A stretch of DNA of 64,000 nucleotides from Nitrospirota bacterium (GTDB taxonomy: Bacteria > Nitrospirota > Thermodesulfovibrionia > Thermodesulfovibrionales > UBA9159), in assembly GCA_963699545.1 (NCBI GenBank), contig CAVOUE010000006.1, forward strand, positions 96,001-160,000, given 5' to 3'. The notes under the pieces are model-generated. The model was not told where the DNA came from and made no database searches. It saw only the letters and a program-made list of their open reading frames with translations. The position numbers were made by a program, and so were the translations under genes. Position 1 is the first letter of the stretch. Each line of letters begins with the position of its first letter. Positions 23,439 to 34,524 of the stretch are shown in pieces.

Positions 23439-24640
23439 TTTCTGAACTTCTTCGCCGTTTCCGTCACCAGTGCGATGACATAACTGACTTCCTCATCCGT
23501 CATGCCCGGATAGAGGGGCAGGGAGATGCACCTCTCGTAGTACCTCTCTGCCACCGGGAAATCCACGGCCCGATAGCCAAAAGCATCCCTGTAGAACGGA
23601 TGCCTGTGCAGCGGGATGAAATGAACGCTGGTGGAGACCCCCCTTGATTTCAGCTCCTCCATGAAGCCGGATCTATCCAGGGCCAGCGCATCAAGATTCA
23701 GCTGAATAACGTACAGGTGCCACGCAGTCTCCCTTCCGGGCTTAACGGCAGGAGTCATTATCTCCTCAAGAGGAGCAAAGGCCTCCGTATATTTCTGCGC
23801 GATCTCCTTTCTCCTCCGATACATCCGGTCGACCTTCTTCAACTGGGCAAGTCCAAGGGCGGCCTGGATATCGGTCATATTGTATTTGTATCCTGCTTCG
23901 ACGACTTCATAGTACCACGAACCCTCACCGGTATATCTCTTCCACGCGTCCTTCGAGATTCCGTGCAACCTCAGGTTTCTTATGCGGTCAGCCCATTCTT
24001 CGTTCTCTGTGGTAACCATTCCTCCCTCACCCGTGGCAAGTGTCTTTGTTGCATAAAAGCTGAAACAGGTGAGATCACCGATGGTCCCGATCATTTTGTT
24101 ATCTTCTGTTTCTTTACCCATAACCTCTGACCTGTCACGCATTGCCTTGCTTTTATACCATGCAGGGAGCGAATGGGCAGCGTCCTCGACCACACGGAGT
24201 CGGCGCGCACGGGCAAGCTCCATGATTTCGTCCATGTCGCAGGGCTGGCCAGCAAAATGGACCGGGATGACCGCCTTTGTCTTTTGAGTGACAGCCCGTT
24301 CGACAGCAGCCATGTCCATGGTATGGCTTTCACTCTCGACATCCACAAGCACCGGCCTTGCGCCGAAATAGCAGACAACCTCGCCAGTCGCCGTAAAGGT
24401 CATGGTGGGGATGATGACCTCGTCGCCGGGTTTAAGGTCAAGGGCTTTCAGGGCAAGGTGCAGAGCTGCGGTGCAGGAGTTCACCGCAACGGCATGTCTT
24501 GAACCGATATACTTGCCGAACTCTTCTTCGAACCTGATTGTCTTCGGCCCCATCGTGAGCCAGCCGGATCTGAGAGAGTCAACTACTTCATTGATCTCCT
24601 CGTCGGTTATGTAAGGTTTATGAAAAGGAATTTGCCGCAT
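23435..24640 (-). CDS. DegT/DnrJ/EryC1/StrS sugar aminotransferase
   Basis: NSCTAALH, EDAAH, SFYATK, GEGGM, GYKYNMTD. Confidence 0.92.
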   Translation of the reverse strand: MRQIPFHKPYITDEEINEVVDSLRSGWLTMGPKTIRFEEEFGKYIGSRHAVAVNSCTAALHLALKALDLKPGDEVIIPTMTFTATGEVVCYFGARPVLVDVESESHTMDMAAVERAVTQKTKAVIPVHFAGQPCDMDEIMELARARRLRVVEDAAHSLPAWYKSKAMRDRSEVMGKETEDNKMIGTIGDLTCFSFYATKTLATGEGGMVTTENEEWADRIRNLRLHGISKDAWKRYTGEGSWYYEVVEAGYKYNMTDIQAALGLAQLKKVDRMYRRRKEIAQKYTEAFAPLEEIMTPAVKPGRETAWHLYVIQLNLDALALDRSGFMEELKSRGVSTSVHFIPLHRHPFYRDAFGYRAVDFPVAERYYERCISLPLYPGMTDEEVSYVIALVTETAKKFRK

Positions 24641-24672
24641 CTACAGGCATCTTAACGACGTGTGTATGATAT

Positions 24673-25584
24673 TCATCTTTCACAACCCTTCTTGGTTTTA
24701 CGCGCAAGCAACAAAACTCCCGGATGTATCACAACCTTGCCGAAAGTCAAAAGATGCGCAGTCGCTGCGATTGCATAGGAGATACGGCCTGGCCATCCCA
24801 TCATCCGAAACGGCGCGGTAGCCGCTCCCAGCACCTCAACAACCGAGAACCCAACGTCAGAAAGGATCTTCTTCAATGAGCTTATGGACACTGAATGAAA
24901 CTGCTTCATTATCCCTTTTTCCAGTAATGCGTCACGCTTTTCCCCCGGCCTCATCACCTTCAGTACCGTATCAATGAAGAGGTGCTTATTGCTGATGCGC
25001 ATTGCCAAAATGCCCGAAGGAGAAAGAGCGCGATGAAACTCTTCAAGGGTTTCTCTCGGGTCCCAGGTGTAGCAAAAAGAATCAAGCGCGACCACTACAT
25101 CAAAGCATTCATCAGGGAAAGACGCTTCTTTCATGGTCCAGGCTTGTCGTGTCCTAAAGCCTTTTTCTTTCAAGAGCGTCGCCGCGTCCGGATTCGGCTC
25201 AAGACCGGTAATTTCAAAGCCCCTCCCCTTTGCCCTTGCCATAAAGTTGCCAAATCCGCATCCGTAATCAAGAAGCCGCTTTCCTTTCGACAGCTTACCT
25301 ATCTTATCAAGGAGAGTTATTTCCACATGACTCTTTAGCAGCTGGTATTCACTATTTCTCTTCGGATTCGCATAATCGACAAACTTCCAGTGGCTTACTA
25401 CCTGATCGGCCGTATACATAGGATAAACAAACAGAGCCTCACAGTCTTGACAACAGTAATATCCATTCCGCAGCAGCGAACCGCCCTCCTGAGGATATGT
25501 CTGAAAAAAAAGAGGTTCTGCGGATACGCGCGAGCCTCTACAGAAAGCGCATGCCGCGGGGCTCGTGCTTCCGGTGTTCACCAT
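24673..25584 (-). CDS. Class I SAM-dependent methyltransferase with N-terminal Cys motif
   Basis: CAFC..CQDC; LLDYGCGFG, FDVV, LSPSG. Confidence 0.8.
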   Translation of the reverse strand: MVNTGSTSPAACAFCRGSRVSAEPLFFQTYPQEGGSLLRNGYYCCQDCEALFVYPMYTADQVVSHWKFVDYANPKRNSEYQLLKSHVEITLLDKIGKLSKGKRLLDYGCGFGNFMARAKGRGFEITGLEPNPDAATLLKEKGFRTRQAWTMKEASFPDECFDVVVALDSFCYTWDPRETLEEFHRALSPSGILAMRISNKHLFIDTVLKVMRPGEKRDALLEKGIMKQFHSVSISSLKKILSDVGFSVVEVLGAATAPFRMMGWPGRISYAIAATAHLLTFGKVVIHPGVLLLARKTKKGCER

Positions 25585-25620
25585 TCCACCCCCGTTGCCC
25601 GCGACAGCGAACCTGTTTCT

Positions 25621-26571
25621 TCAGTCAAACATCTTCTCCGCACTGTCAGTTACTCTTCTTTTGTTCAGTATCAATTCCAGCATTCCACTGGCCTTCTTAA
25701 GGCGGCGGTCACCCGGCCTAAAAAGCAGCGCAATCTTCAGAAGCAACAGCGTCAACGCATTGGCAAATGGCTTCATCAGGGGATGAAGTGCGAAGACCCT
25801 ACACACCGGTTTTGCTTTAAATCCCACCTTCGTCTTGAATGCGTGCAAACCGGTCTCATTGCTCTCAGCCTGAAGCGAACTCAGTCCATAACTTACCATA
25901 TCAAACTTTTTTTCAACCAGGTAGTGATATAACGCGCTATACATTAAGGAGTCATTAGGTCTGAGGTTCAGCAAACTGTTCATTGAAAAACAGCCCTCAA
26001 TTTCAGCCCAATTATCAACCTCGGTTATGGATAGAAATGCGGCCAGCTTATCATCTTTCCACGCGCCAAGAAAGACATGTCCATGACAACAAATACGCGA
26101 GGAAAATCGTTTCTTAAACTCTTCCGGCTTCCCATCAGACAAGCCGACCCGGCACCGTGTATCACTAAATGCCCTTTCCCCATAAGCAATCAACTGTTCA
26201 GGCGTTATTGGTCCAATCCTCAGTTCCCTCTGTCCTCGGTGCACATTGCGACGCAAACCCGGCGCGAGTTTTTCCAGCGAATATGAATGGTCTGTGCAGA
26301 TATACAACCATGAATTTGCCGGATGACGTTCATCGGGTTCTATAATATAACCGGCGACCAATGCCCTCCCCTGATGAAGAACATGACGTATCTCCTCAAA
26401 AGGAGGGGGGGCAAGCCAGAAGGTGGGCACTCGCATCATGGAGCCGCGCTCATACTGAACCCAAAAAACCTCTTTCCCACGAACTACCCGCGTCCCGTTT
26501 TTTTCTATCGCGGATGCATATTCTGCAAGCGAAGGCGTCCGTAACTCCTCAGGCACCATGGCAATGCTCAT
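25621..26571 (-). CDS. GNAT/FemAB-like hypothetical protein
   Basis: LRRNVHRG, RPNDSLMY, YGLSS..GLHAFKTKVGF resembles a FemAB/GNAT C-terminus. Confidence 0.55.
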   Translation of the reverse strand: MSIAMVPEELRTPSLAEYASAIEKNGTRVVRGKEVFWVQYERGSMMRVPTFWLAPPPFEEIRHVLHQGRALVAGYIIEPDERHPANSWLYICTDHSYSLEKLAPGLRRNVHRGQRELRIGPITPEQLIAYGERAFSDTRCRVGLSDGKPEEFKKRFSSRICCHGHVFLGAWKDDKLAAFLSITEVDNWAEIEGCFSMNSLLNLRPNDSLMYSALYHYLVEKKFDMVSYGLSSLQAESNETGLHAFKTKVGFKAKPVCRVFALHPLMKPFANALTLLLLKIALLFRPGDRRLKKASGMLELILNKRRVTDSAEKMFD

Positions 26572-26611
26572 TTCTGTTTCACGAAAGCGAATAGCTGCAT
26601 AACGCTCCTCT

Positions 26612-27650
26612 TTATCTCGTCAGGGGCAGATCTTTGAGCTTCCTGCGCTTATGCTTCTTCAAAATAAGGAAGTCCCATATCCCCTTCAGATAACCGGCCC
26701 CGTAGCTGATATGAAGAGTGGCGAAGGCTATTGGCAAAGTGAAGAAGTACCGCGCGCCTTTTTGCAAGGCAACGCGGAAAGAAAAAGAAAGACTGGTGAT
26801 AAGATAGAACGAAAGGATGAAGAGAAGAACCCACATAAAGGACTTAAAGACCAGCGACAATGCGGAGGAGGCAATCACGCCGAGGACGAAAAGGACCGGC
26901 ATTATCTGACGCAGAGTGAGCACCGCCCCCACCTTCTGTGCTACAAGGGGCTTGAAATAGCCGTACTGGAAATACATTTTAAAGAGCTTAGAGAGGGAAT
27001 CCCTCGCATAATAATACGAGACGATCTCAGGAGCGAGGAGCACCTTGCCGCCGTTCCTGATAATCCTGAGATTAAACTCATCATCCTGATTTCGAACAAG
27101 CTCTTCATCGAACAAACCTATCTTCTCAAAGACTTCTTTTCTGTAGCATCCGAAGGGCACGGTATCAACGTATCTCGGCTCCTTTGAGCCTATCCTGAAA
27201 TAAGCGTTCCCCACGCCGAAAGGATGAGAAAGCGCGAGGGCTATCGTCCTGGCAATGTGGGTTTCAGCTGCCGGCAAGGTAATGAAACTTCCCCCCACAT
27301 TATCCACCTTAAACTCACCAAGGTATTTCACGCATTTTGATAGGTAATCTCTTTCATACCTGCAGTGCGCATCCATCCTTACAATTACATCTCCATGAGC
27401 TTGCTTTATTCCTGTGTTCATCGCAGAGGAGACTATTCTCTGGGGATTATCCAGGACCTTGATGCGGGAATACTTTGCGGAATATTCTCTGACAGTGTCC
27501 CGTGTGCCATCCTCGCTTACACCGTCGACAACGAGGAATCTCCAGTCTGTTCCGGTGATAGTCCTGTCCGATGACAGAATCGAGGCATTTTTCGATAAAC
27601 TTTCCCTCGTTGCGGCATGGAATGATTATGGAAACGAAAGGGGAGTCCAT
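26612..27650 (-). CDS. GT2 glycosyltransferase (ExoA-like); frameshift near 27540
   Basis: MDSPFVSIIIPCRNE, RMDAH, DTVPFGCY, LFDEELVRNQDDEFN. Confidence 0.85.
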
Positions 27651-27651
27651 G

Positions 27652-28843
27652 TCAGCGGGCAGCCTCACTATATAACTGCGCGAATCGCCGAACGAAGTTA
27701 TCGACGGTAAAATGTTTCTCCACTTTCTTACGGGCAGCTTCCGAAATTCTCTTACGCAATGACTCATCTCTTAAGAGTCTGATGATCGCCTGCGCAAGTT
27801 CGTTCGTCTTGTGCGGATCAACAAGAAATCCGTCTTCCCCCTCGCTTATAATTTCACGGGGACCACCCTGATCAGCTGCGATTACCGGAACCCCCGCCGC
27901 CATCCCCTCGATAATCACTAAGCCAAAGGGCTCAGGCAAGATCGAGGCGTGCACGAGGACATCCATCGCCCTCAGCAGCGCAGGAATATCATTCCTCGCC
28001 CCCGTAAAAATAACTCTTGATTCAAGCTTCAGAGTCTTCACCAGTCGGATGAGTTCGTCCTTAAATCTAGGATCGCCAAACGTCGTATCACCGATCACAA
28101 GAAATTTTGTATTCTCCATCTGTTCCGCCACCCGTGCCGCCGCCTTCAGGAATTCCTTGTGCCCTTTCCACCGTGTCAATCTTCCCACCATGCCCACGAC
28201 AAGCTCCTCCTCGCTGATGCCGAGCTCCCGCCGCACTGCCGAACCGTCCACTTCCGGAGAGAATCTCTTGCAGTCCGTCCCGTTGTAGATGACGTGGACC
28301 TTTGAAGCGCTTTTCCCGTCGAACATCGCTCCTGCGGCCTTTGAGACGACCACGATCTTCTTGGGAAGAATTCCTCCGAGATAAACCAGCATCCGGCGGA
28401 CCATGCCGAAGGCCATCCTGGGATCGACGATGTCCTGCATATGCCAGATGCACGGCACTCCGGCAAGTTTCGCGGCAATAGAGCCGTAGATGTGCGCGAT
28501 CATCGAGTTGGTATGCACAACATCGATACGTTCCTTCTTCAGGAAGTTTTTTATTTTCAGAATAGCGGGGAGAAAGGCAAGGATATCATACAGGACTGCG
28601 AAGGGATTAAATATTTTCTTCCTGCGATACGTACTTGCTCGTAGACATAAATTTTGGGCGCGAATCGACATGATACTGAACACCCAGTTCTCTTAGCCGC
28701 TCGGTAAGCGGACCTTCATAGGGAACGATGACAACGGGATGGAAACGATCCTTGTCCATACGCTCAAAAAGAGAGAACAGATTGACCTCCGCCCCTCCGA
28801 TGCCCGCGTCCTGCTCGATGTAAGCTATATTAATTCTGTTCAT
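27652..28843 (-). CDS. GT4 glycosyltransferase; frameshift near 28620-28660
   Basis: IGGAEVNL, VGRLTRWKG, PEPFGLVIIEGMAAG. Confidence 0.85.
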
Positions 28844-29846
28844 TAAACAAGTCCAGCACCTCATTCCAGACACGTTCAACCGTGATCTCCTCCATACACT
28901 TCAAAGAATCGCACCCCCGCCCATAGCAAGGTTTGCACGCCAACGGTCCGGAATCGACCACACGGGCACTGCTTGCCCTGTAAGGCCTTGTTCGTGTCGC
29001 ATCTCCTGATCCGAATACCCCTACCACGGGCACTCCGAGAGCATTCGCAAGATGCATCGGTCCGCTGTCATTGGCTATGACGATTTCCGCTCCCCGCATT
29101 ATCGATGCGAGTTCTTCGAGGGCCGTCCTGCCTGTGAGATCGAATGTCCGCGGAGGCAACACATCCTCCATCCCGGAAAGAAGCTCTCTCTCAGCCCTAT
29201 CCCCGATGAACACGACATCCATCTCAAGGTCACTCAGCCTGCGGGCAAGCTCCAGAAAATTCCGGATCTGCCATCTTCGTGTTCTCTTTGTGCCGCCGGG
29301 TCCCAGAACCGCGTAGGGCCGCTCTGAATCATGGAAAGAGCTTTTTCTCTTCCCCAGGGTATCGGGCAACAGATATTCATACGATGTCCTCTCCCCGCTA
29401 TGTCCGCACTCAGCCACCGAGAGCATCCTTTCGACCTCGTGAAGGAGGGGGTCTTCGGGCACGGCAGTATCCAGAAAAGTTTCACCGAAGTCGCTCCGTC
29501 GGCCGATCGAATGTCTGGCAGAAACAAGCTTCACAAGAAAAAGCAGACGCTTATGGCTCTCTCTGCTGAGCACCGGCTGGAGCAGAAGCAGAAGGTCATA
29601 CCGGAGCGCCCTGAGTTTGAGTAATGTCGCAAGCACTCTCAGGGATGAAGAAAAGTTCTTGCTCTTTGACGGAAACGGTATCAGGTTCGTAATCCACTGG
29701 TCCTTTGCCAGGACAGGAAGTGAGCCGGGGTTCCCGAGGAAATCGATGCGGCAGTCGCCGTATCTTTTTCTCACTGCCTGGACCGCCGGACGTGCCATGA
29801 TAAGGTCTCCAAACCCGCCCGTATGGACAATGAGCACTTTACTCAT
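28830..29846 (-). CDS. GT9 (heptosyltransferase-family) glycosyltransferase
   Basis: GGFGDLIMA, DLTGRTAL, ANDSGPMHLA, CKPC. Confidence 0.88.
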   Translation of the reverse strand: MSKVLIVHTGGFGDLIMARPAVQAVRKRYGDCRIDFLGNPGSLPVLAKDQWITNLIPFPSKSKNFSSSLRVLATLLKLRALRYDLLLLLQPVLSRESHKRLLFLVKLVSARHSIGRRSDFGETFLDTAVPEDPLLHEVERMLSVAECGHSGERTSYEYLLPDTLGKRKSSFHDSERPYAVLGPGGTKRTRRWQIRNFLELARRLSDLEMDVVFIGDRAERELLSGMEDVLPPRTFDLTGRTALEELASIMRGAEIVIANDSGPMHLANALGVPVVGVFGSGDATRTRPYRASSARVVDSGPLACKPCYGRGCDSLKCMEEITVERVWNEVLDLFNEQN

Positions 29847-29851
29847 TTTCT

Positions 29852-30640
29852 TCAAATCCTTCCCTCTTCCGCCATTCCTCGATCTTTCTTTCCTTTTTGC
29901 CTCTCCCAGAGCTGCATATACATCACAAAATTGTAATACGCAACATTCACCGCGATCATAAAGCCTCTCAGGCCATCCTTGTAACCCTTCAAACGAAAAT
30001 ACGACCAACAGAACATCACCAAGGGACGGAGCGTCACTTCACGGAGCCGGAACTTCTTCCCCAGCTTTATGAGCTCGTCGGTCTCGTAGCTCATGTACCG
30101 GGTGAATTTCGTCAGATAGGACTGCATGTCATTGAAATCGTCGTGGATATGGTGCCCTTTAAGGACTCCAAGACGTTCTCTTGGAACATCGATATCCGCA
30201 TGGACCTCGCGCGCTACGTACCGGCATGATCTCCTGAACAATCTGATATTATAATCGGGATAGTAATGACTGTGGCGCATCCATACGCCGTAAACATAGT
30301 TTTTACGCGGGACCTTGTACGCGTCGATGCCCGGATCAGGGTTATCCAAGAGTTGGAGTATCTCGTCTTTCAACGCCGGCTCTACAACCTCGTCAGAATC
30401 GGTCAGCAATATCCATTCGTTTTCAGCCTGAGGAATGGCCCAATTCTTTTGAAGGGCTGAATTGACATATTCGTGCTGTATGATTCTGGCGCCGTATTCA
30501 CGGCAGATGTCGAGGGTTCTGTCCGTGCTGTAACTGTCCACGATGAGGATTTCATCGGCCCACTTAACGCTTTCGAGACAGCGCTTGATGAACTTCTCAT
30601 TATTGAATGTGGGAACGATTGTGGTGATTGTCTGTCTCAT
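29852..30640 (-). CDS. GT2 glycosyltransferase (WaaE/KdtX-like)
   Basis: VDSYSTDRT, QKNWAI, LTDSDE, YPDYNIRLF, VHA, GYKDG. Confidence 0.88.
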   Translation of the reverse strand: MRQTITTIVPTFNNEKFIKRCLESVKWADEILIVDSYSTDRTLDICREYGARIIQHEYVNSALQKNWAIPQAENEWILLTDSDEVVEPALKDEILQLLDNPDPGIDAYKVPRKNYVYGVWMRHSHYYPDYNIRLFRRSCRYVAREVHADIDVPRERLGVLKGHHIHDDFNDMQSYLTKFTRYMSYETDELIKLGKKFRLREVTLRPLVMFCWSYFRLKGYKDGLRGFMIAVNVAYYNFVMYMQLWERQKGKKDRGMAEEGRI

Positions 30641-30646
30641 GTCTGC

Positions 30647-31812
30647 CTATAAGCTCTTCGTCCTGTAAACATGAATTTCATAGGGCTTAAATGTATCGGA
30701 AAATGTCCCGCTATCGGAATTCAAACTTCTGCTTTCACCCATAACTTTAATTGTGCTGTTCTTTTTCGAGAGAGCATCGAACAAGAATGTTGCTTTGATT
30801 TCTTTGTCAGTTGCATTCGCAGCAATAAAATACCTGCCTGCCTTAAATCCACCCGTATCTTTGATAAGCCGTTTTTCTGAAATGTGTACGGGGAGAAGTC
30901 CACGGTCGTCCTTTTGGGGGCCGTCAGTGATCTCCACCCTCACTTTATTGTAATCACCAGCCGCCAAAAGAAGGGGATATATGCCATTCAACTCCCTGAC
31001 TATTTTCTTTAAATCATTCCAGTGTCCCGGTGATTCCATTATCCTGTATTCGCTCCCTGTAAAGGTGAAGTAGAAAATGCCCTTCGCTCCATAGATGATC
31101 GACAGGAACGTCATTGCCCGCATTTCTTCATAGGTCGGTTCACGGAGGCCCCATCCCTTAAGCTGGGGGCACTGATACCCGAATGCCTGGATCACCGCCC
31201 AGACCGGCCCTTTATCGCCTTTCTGAATGCCCGCCCAGCGCGTAGTCTCAGCGATATGATTTAAAGGTGTATCCGGGACTGGATACCGGTCGGTCATGAG
31301 GATATCACTTGCTTCCCTGTATTGACCGTAACGGTCACTCCTATGAATGACGACTGCTGTCGGCCGGTGAGGATCCAGTTTCTTCACGAAGGAATGTATG
31401 GCCCTCATCTGTTCAGGTGTGCCGCCCCCGAGTTCAGGCTCGTCCGCTATGAGCCATGCCAGAACACTCCCGGACTTCAGAGCGCCGTCAACGAAGCTTT
31501 TCACTTTCCCGAAATCGATAGTTCCCTTGTTCCCCCTGTCCCCGGGATAAATCAAAGCCTTGAGTCCGAGGGCTTCTGCCTTTTCAATAAATTGTCTGAG
31601 TGTTACGGGATCTGATATATAGGTGTGCGCAGCATTGAAACCTGCCTCCTTCACAATTCCAAGGTTTTCAGGACCGACCGAGAACATGCCGATAGGAAAG
31701 AAATCCTCCGCTCCGCTCACCAGCGGAATGCAGATGACGAGTGCGGCAAGGAAAAGTAAAATATGCAGGCACTTCTGTAGATGAAGGCTAAGCTTGGCAG
31801 TGCCACCCTCAT
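30647..31812 (-). CDS. Secreted glycoside-hydrolase-like (TIM-barrel) protein; start uncertain
   Basis: Signal-like hydrophobic stretch, FFPIGMF, AGFN, WLIADEPE, DRYPVP, VWAVIQAFG, GAKGIFYF. Paralogous to the central domain of 48938-50881. Confidence 0.65.
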
Positions 31813-31822
31813 TGCTTTGCCT

Positions 31823-32019
31823 GTCATCCTCGCGAAGCCTGCCCTCGAAGTTCCCGGTCGGGCGGGGATCCAGCAGGTCATGCTTATGCTCATACACACG
31901 TCTTATCAAGTCCGATGTGACACCCACATACAAAGTGCCATTGCGCTTACTGCAGAGAATATACACATAGAAGTTCTTCATTTAGTTCGTGTCGGGATTC
32001 CCGCCTTCGCGGGAATGAC
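31823..32019 (-). mobile_element. Degenerate GIY-YIG nuclease cassette bounded by inverted palindromic repeats
   Basis: MKNFYVYILCSKRNGTLYVGVTSDLIRRVYEHK (31981 to about 31872). Flanked by GTCATCCTCGCGAAG..GCGGGGATCC (31823-31871) and GGATTCCCGCCTTCGCGGGAATGAC (31995-32019). Confidence 0.75.
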
Positions 32020-33211
32020 GAGATTGTGTACCTTCTCTGCGTGTAAATATATCCAGGTACCTCTTCGCCACCGCTTTCCATGACCTTCCTTTCATATCCC
32101 GCACAACGTTTTCAGCCTTATCCCCCATGGCCAGCAGTATTCCCTGTGCCATAGCTTCACTATCTTTGGGATTGACAAGCCTGCTACCTTCGCCCTCATG
32201 AACAATTTCAGGCAGGCCGCCCGTTCTGCACGCAACCACTTTCTTGCCCGCAGCAAAAGCCTCCAGTGCAATGATGCCGAACGGTTCCCGGCGAGAGGGA
32301 ATGACAAATAATTCACATCCTTTCATAAGACTTTTCATCTCGCGACTTTGGGCCCTGCCCCAGAAAATAATCTTGTTTGTGGTCCCTTTGCCGCCATCGG
32401 ACCATTCTCTATTGTTTTCACGTTCCATAAAGGACAAACCTAAATCCACTGCAAGGTTGATAAGTTTTTTCTTTTCGGCTCCATCGCCCGCCAGAATGAG
32501 GTCCGCCCTCAACCCTTTATCGAGGGCAACCCGGTAAGCCGAAAGCAATACATCGAAACCTTTCTTGTGCACAAAACGTCCCGCAGCAAAAATGTACGGT
32601 ACCGCATGTTCATAAGGCAGAACGTTTTGAAATTCCTCCAGCCTTATGCCGTTGTGTATGGCAGTGGATTTTGCCTCAATCTCCGGCACGAGCTTTTTTG
32701 CCCTGGTGAGGAGATACTCTGAGCAGGCAGTAACATGATCGGACGCGATCAACACTTTTCTGAACAGCCCGGAGTCGATCTTCGACCTATGGGGCAGACC
32801 CTCCACATCGTCGCCGTGAAGTGACACCACACACCTGATACCGAGGATCTTCGCCGCAAGCATTGCATACGGAGCCTGGCTTCCGAGAAAGTGGATATTC
32901 ACCACATCCGGTCTTCTTTTCGCCATAAGAAAAAGTAACCTGAAAGAGTTTACAGTCCCGATTATCAGTCCGGCAAGAAACTGCACGATCCGCTCCGGAC
33001 GCAACGACGAGAGGTACCATCCGGGGAAAAGCATTCTCCTCACTGATATGTCGTCTATTATCTCATGCCTTTTCAGATTACGAGGATATCGGTTTGTCAC
33101 GACAGTTATGTCATATCCCGCTGCTTTAAGCTCCTTGGCAAGTTGATATACTGCTTCCTGAAGACCACCCAAGACCGGAAGATACGATGATGTAATGAAA
33201 ATAATCTTCAT
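31982..33211 (-). CDS. GT4 glycosyltransferase
   Basis: LGGLQ, AGRFVHKKG, PSRREPFGIIALEAFAAG. Confidence 0.88.
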   Translation of the reverse strand: MKIIFITSSYLPVLGGLQEAVYQLAKELKAAGYDITVVTNRYPRNLKRHEIIDDISVRRMLFPGWYLSSLRPERIVQFLAGLIIGTVNSFRLLFLMAKRRPDVVNIHFLGSQAPYAMLAAKILGIRCVVSLHGDDVEGLPHRSKIDSGLFRKVLIASDHVTACSEYLLTRAKKLVPEIEAKSTAIHNGIRLEEFQNVLPYEHAVPYIFAAGRFVHKKGFDVLLSAYRVALDKGLRADLILAGDGAEKKKLINLAVDLGLSFMERENNREWSDGGKGTTNKIIFWGRAQSREMKSLMKGCELFVIPSRREPFGIIALEAFAAGKKVVACRTGGLPEIVHEGEGSRLVNPKDSEAMAQGILLAMGDKAENVVRDMKGRSWKAVAKRYLDIFTRREGTQSRHSREGGNPDTN

Positions 33212-33318
33212 CAGATGATCACATCCGCTGTGTCCGACTTTGATCCTTTATCACTCTAAAGCAGAAAAGAACCAAAAGAATTCTTTATAACAACCTTCCT
33301 TATGCTTTCTCCTGGCAA

Positions 33319-34524
33319 TCATCTGTCTTTTGGAGGATAATTATTTTGAATAACGTTCCGATAAAAATGCAGGGTTGCTCCGGCTACGACTCTGACTTGA
33401 TACTGATTTATTGCCTTTTTCTTTCCCGCATCGCCCATGCGCCTTGCCAGTTCATCGTCAGCAAGCAACTTCAATATCGCTTCTGCCAAGGCCTCTGAAT
33501 TGCCGGGCGGTACGAGCAGGCCGGTCTTCCCGTTCTCGACTATTTCCTCAAGTGAGGTTTCCGAAGAGGCCACCACCGGCTTTCCGTGGAGCATCGCTTC
33601 CACTGCAGAAAAGCAAAAAGTTTCATAGTAAGAAGGCGCCACATAAACATCGCACATACTGTAATACGCTTCAATCTTGTCCCTCGCAACGTGTCCAGGC
33701 ATCTCGACCTTTCCCGAAAGTGCCCGCTCGGCAAGGAACTCGTTTATCTCCTCCGAGGCTATAGAGACGTGGGCGGCACCGGCCATCACAAGCCTCACGT
33801 CCGGCTTCTTCTTCACAACGTCCGCAAATGCCTTCAGTAGTGGCCAGATACCTTTCACGTCAGCAATGCGGCCTGCATAAAAAATAGTTTGGGGGCCTCT
33901 CCCTTCAGGACCACCCAGTTCAGGCGAAGAAACCGCAGCGACAGGATTCGGAATTACTTTCACAGGGAAGCTTTTGCCTAACTCACGTTCGAACATCCTT
34001 TTTGAGAGCTCACTGGGAGCAGAAATCCCCTTTGCTCTCCTGAACGGGATCCTCTGGAGGACCCGGTCCAATCTTGCCCCCACTGACGCTTTGCCCTTGG
34101 TGGCTTTCTCGAAGGAATAGGTAGAGCCGTGAAGCCTTATGACAAGGGGAACGGACCTCTCAAAAAGAGCGGTCGCCAGATTCCCTATTTCTGAGCTTTC
34201 GATGAGAGTGAAGCGATATTCCGCTTTAAGCTCCCTGAACCTGCGGTAAAATCCCCAGGACCACTCGATCTCCCGGATAGGCAGTGAAACGATCTTCCCC
34301 AAAAAAGGCAGCTTAGAAAGATACCAGTGAAGATTGCCTGCTTTGAATTCGTGCAGGTGACTTCCGTCCTTCAGCCTCGTTGTCTTGCGAGAGCGCCCTT
34401 TTACAATAATATGCACCTCATGCCCTGAACTCGCCAATTCAGGGACCAGAGCATCGAGATACGAGGCTATGCCGCCGCCGGACCCAAGGGAATGATGTTC
34501 CAATGCAAAGAAGCAAATATTCAA
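33319..34524 (-). CDS. GT4 glycosyltransferase
   Basis: GGGIASY, AGRIADVKG, PSYYETF..EAMLHG. Confidence 0.88.
   Translation of the reverse strand: MNICFFALEHHSLGSGGGIASYLDALVPELASSGHEVHIIVKGRSRKTTRLKDGSHLHEFKAGNLHWYLSKLPFLGKIVSLPIREIEWSWGFYRRFRELKAEYRFTLIESSEIGNLATALFERSVPLVIRLHGSTYSFEKATKGKASVGARLDRVLQRIPFRRAKGISAPSELSKRMFERELGKSFPVKVIPNPVAAVSSPELGGPEGRGPQTIFYAGRIADVKGIWPLLKAFADVVKKKPDVRLVMAGAAHVSIASEEINEFLAERALSGKVEMPGHVARDKIEAYYSMCDVYVAPSYYETFCFSAVEAMLHGKPVVASSETSLEEIVENGKTGLLVPPGNSEALAEAILKLLADDELARRMGDAGKKKAINQYQVRVVAGATLHFYRNVIQNNYPPKDR

Noticed and set aside
30647-31981. Genuine GIY-YIG-glycoside hydrolase fusion protein
   Set aside because: The nuclease is truncated and a signal-like segment is internal. 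An alternative ATG at 31812 is one indel away, so the read-through is probably incidental.
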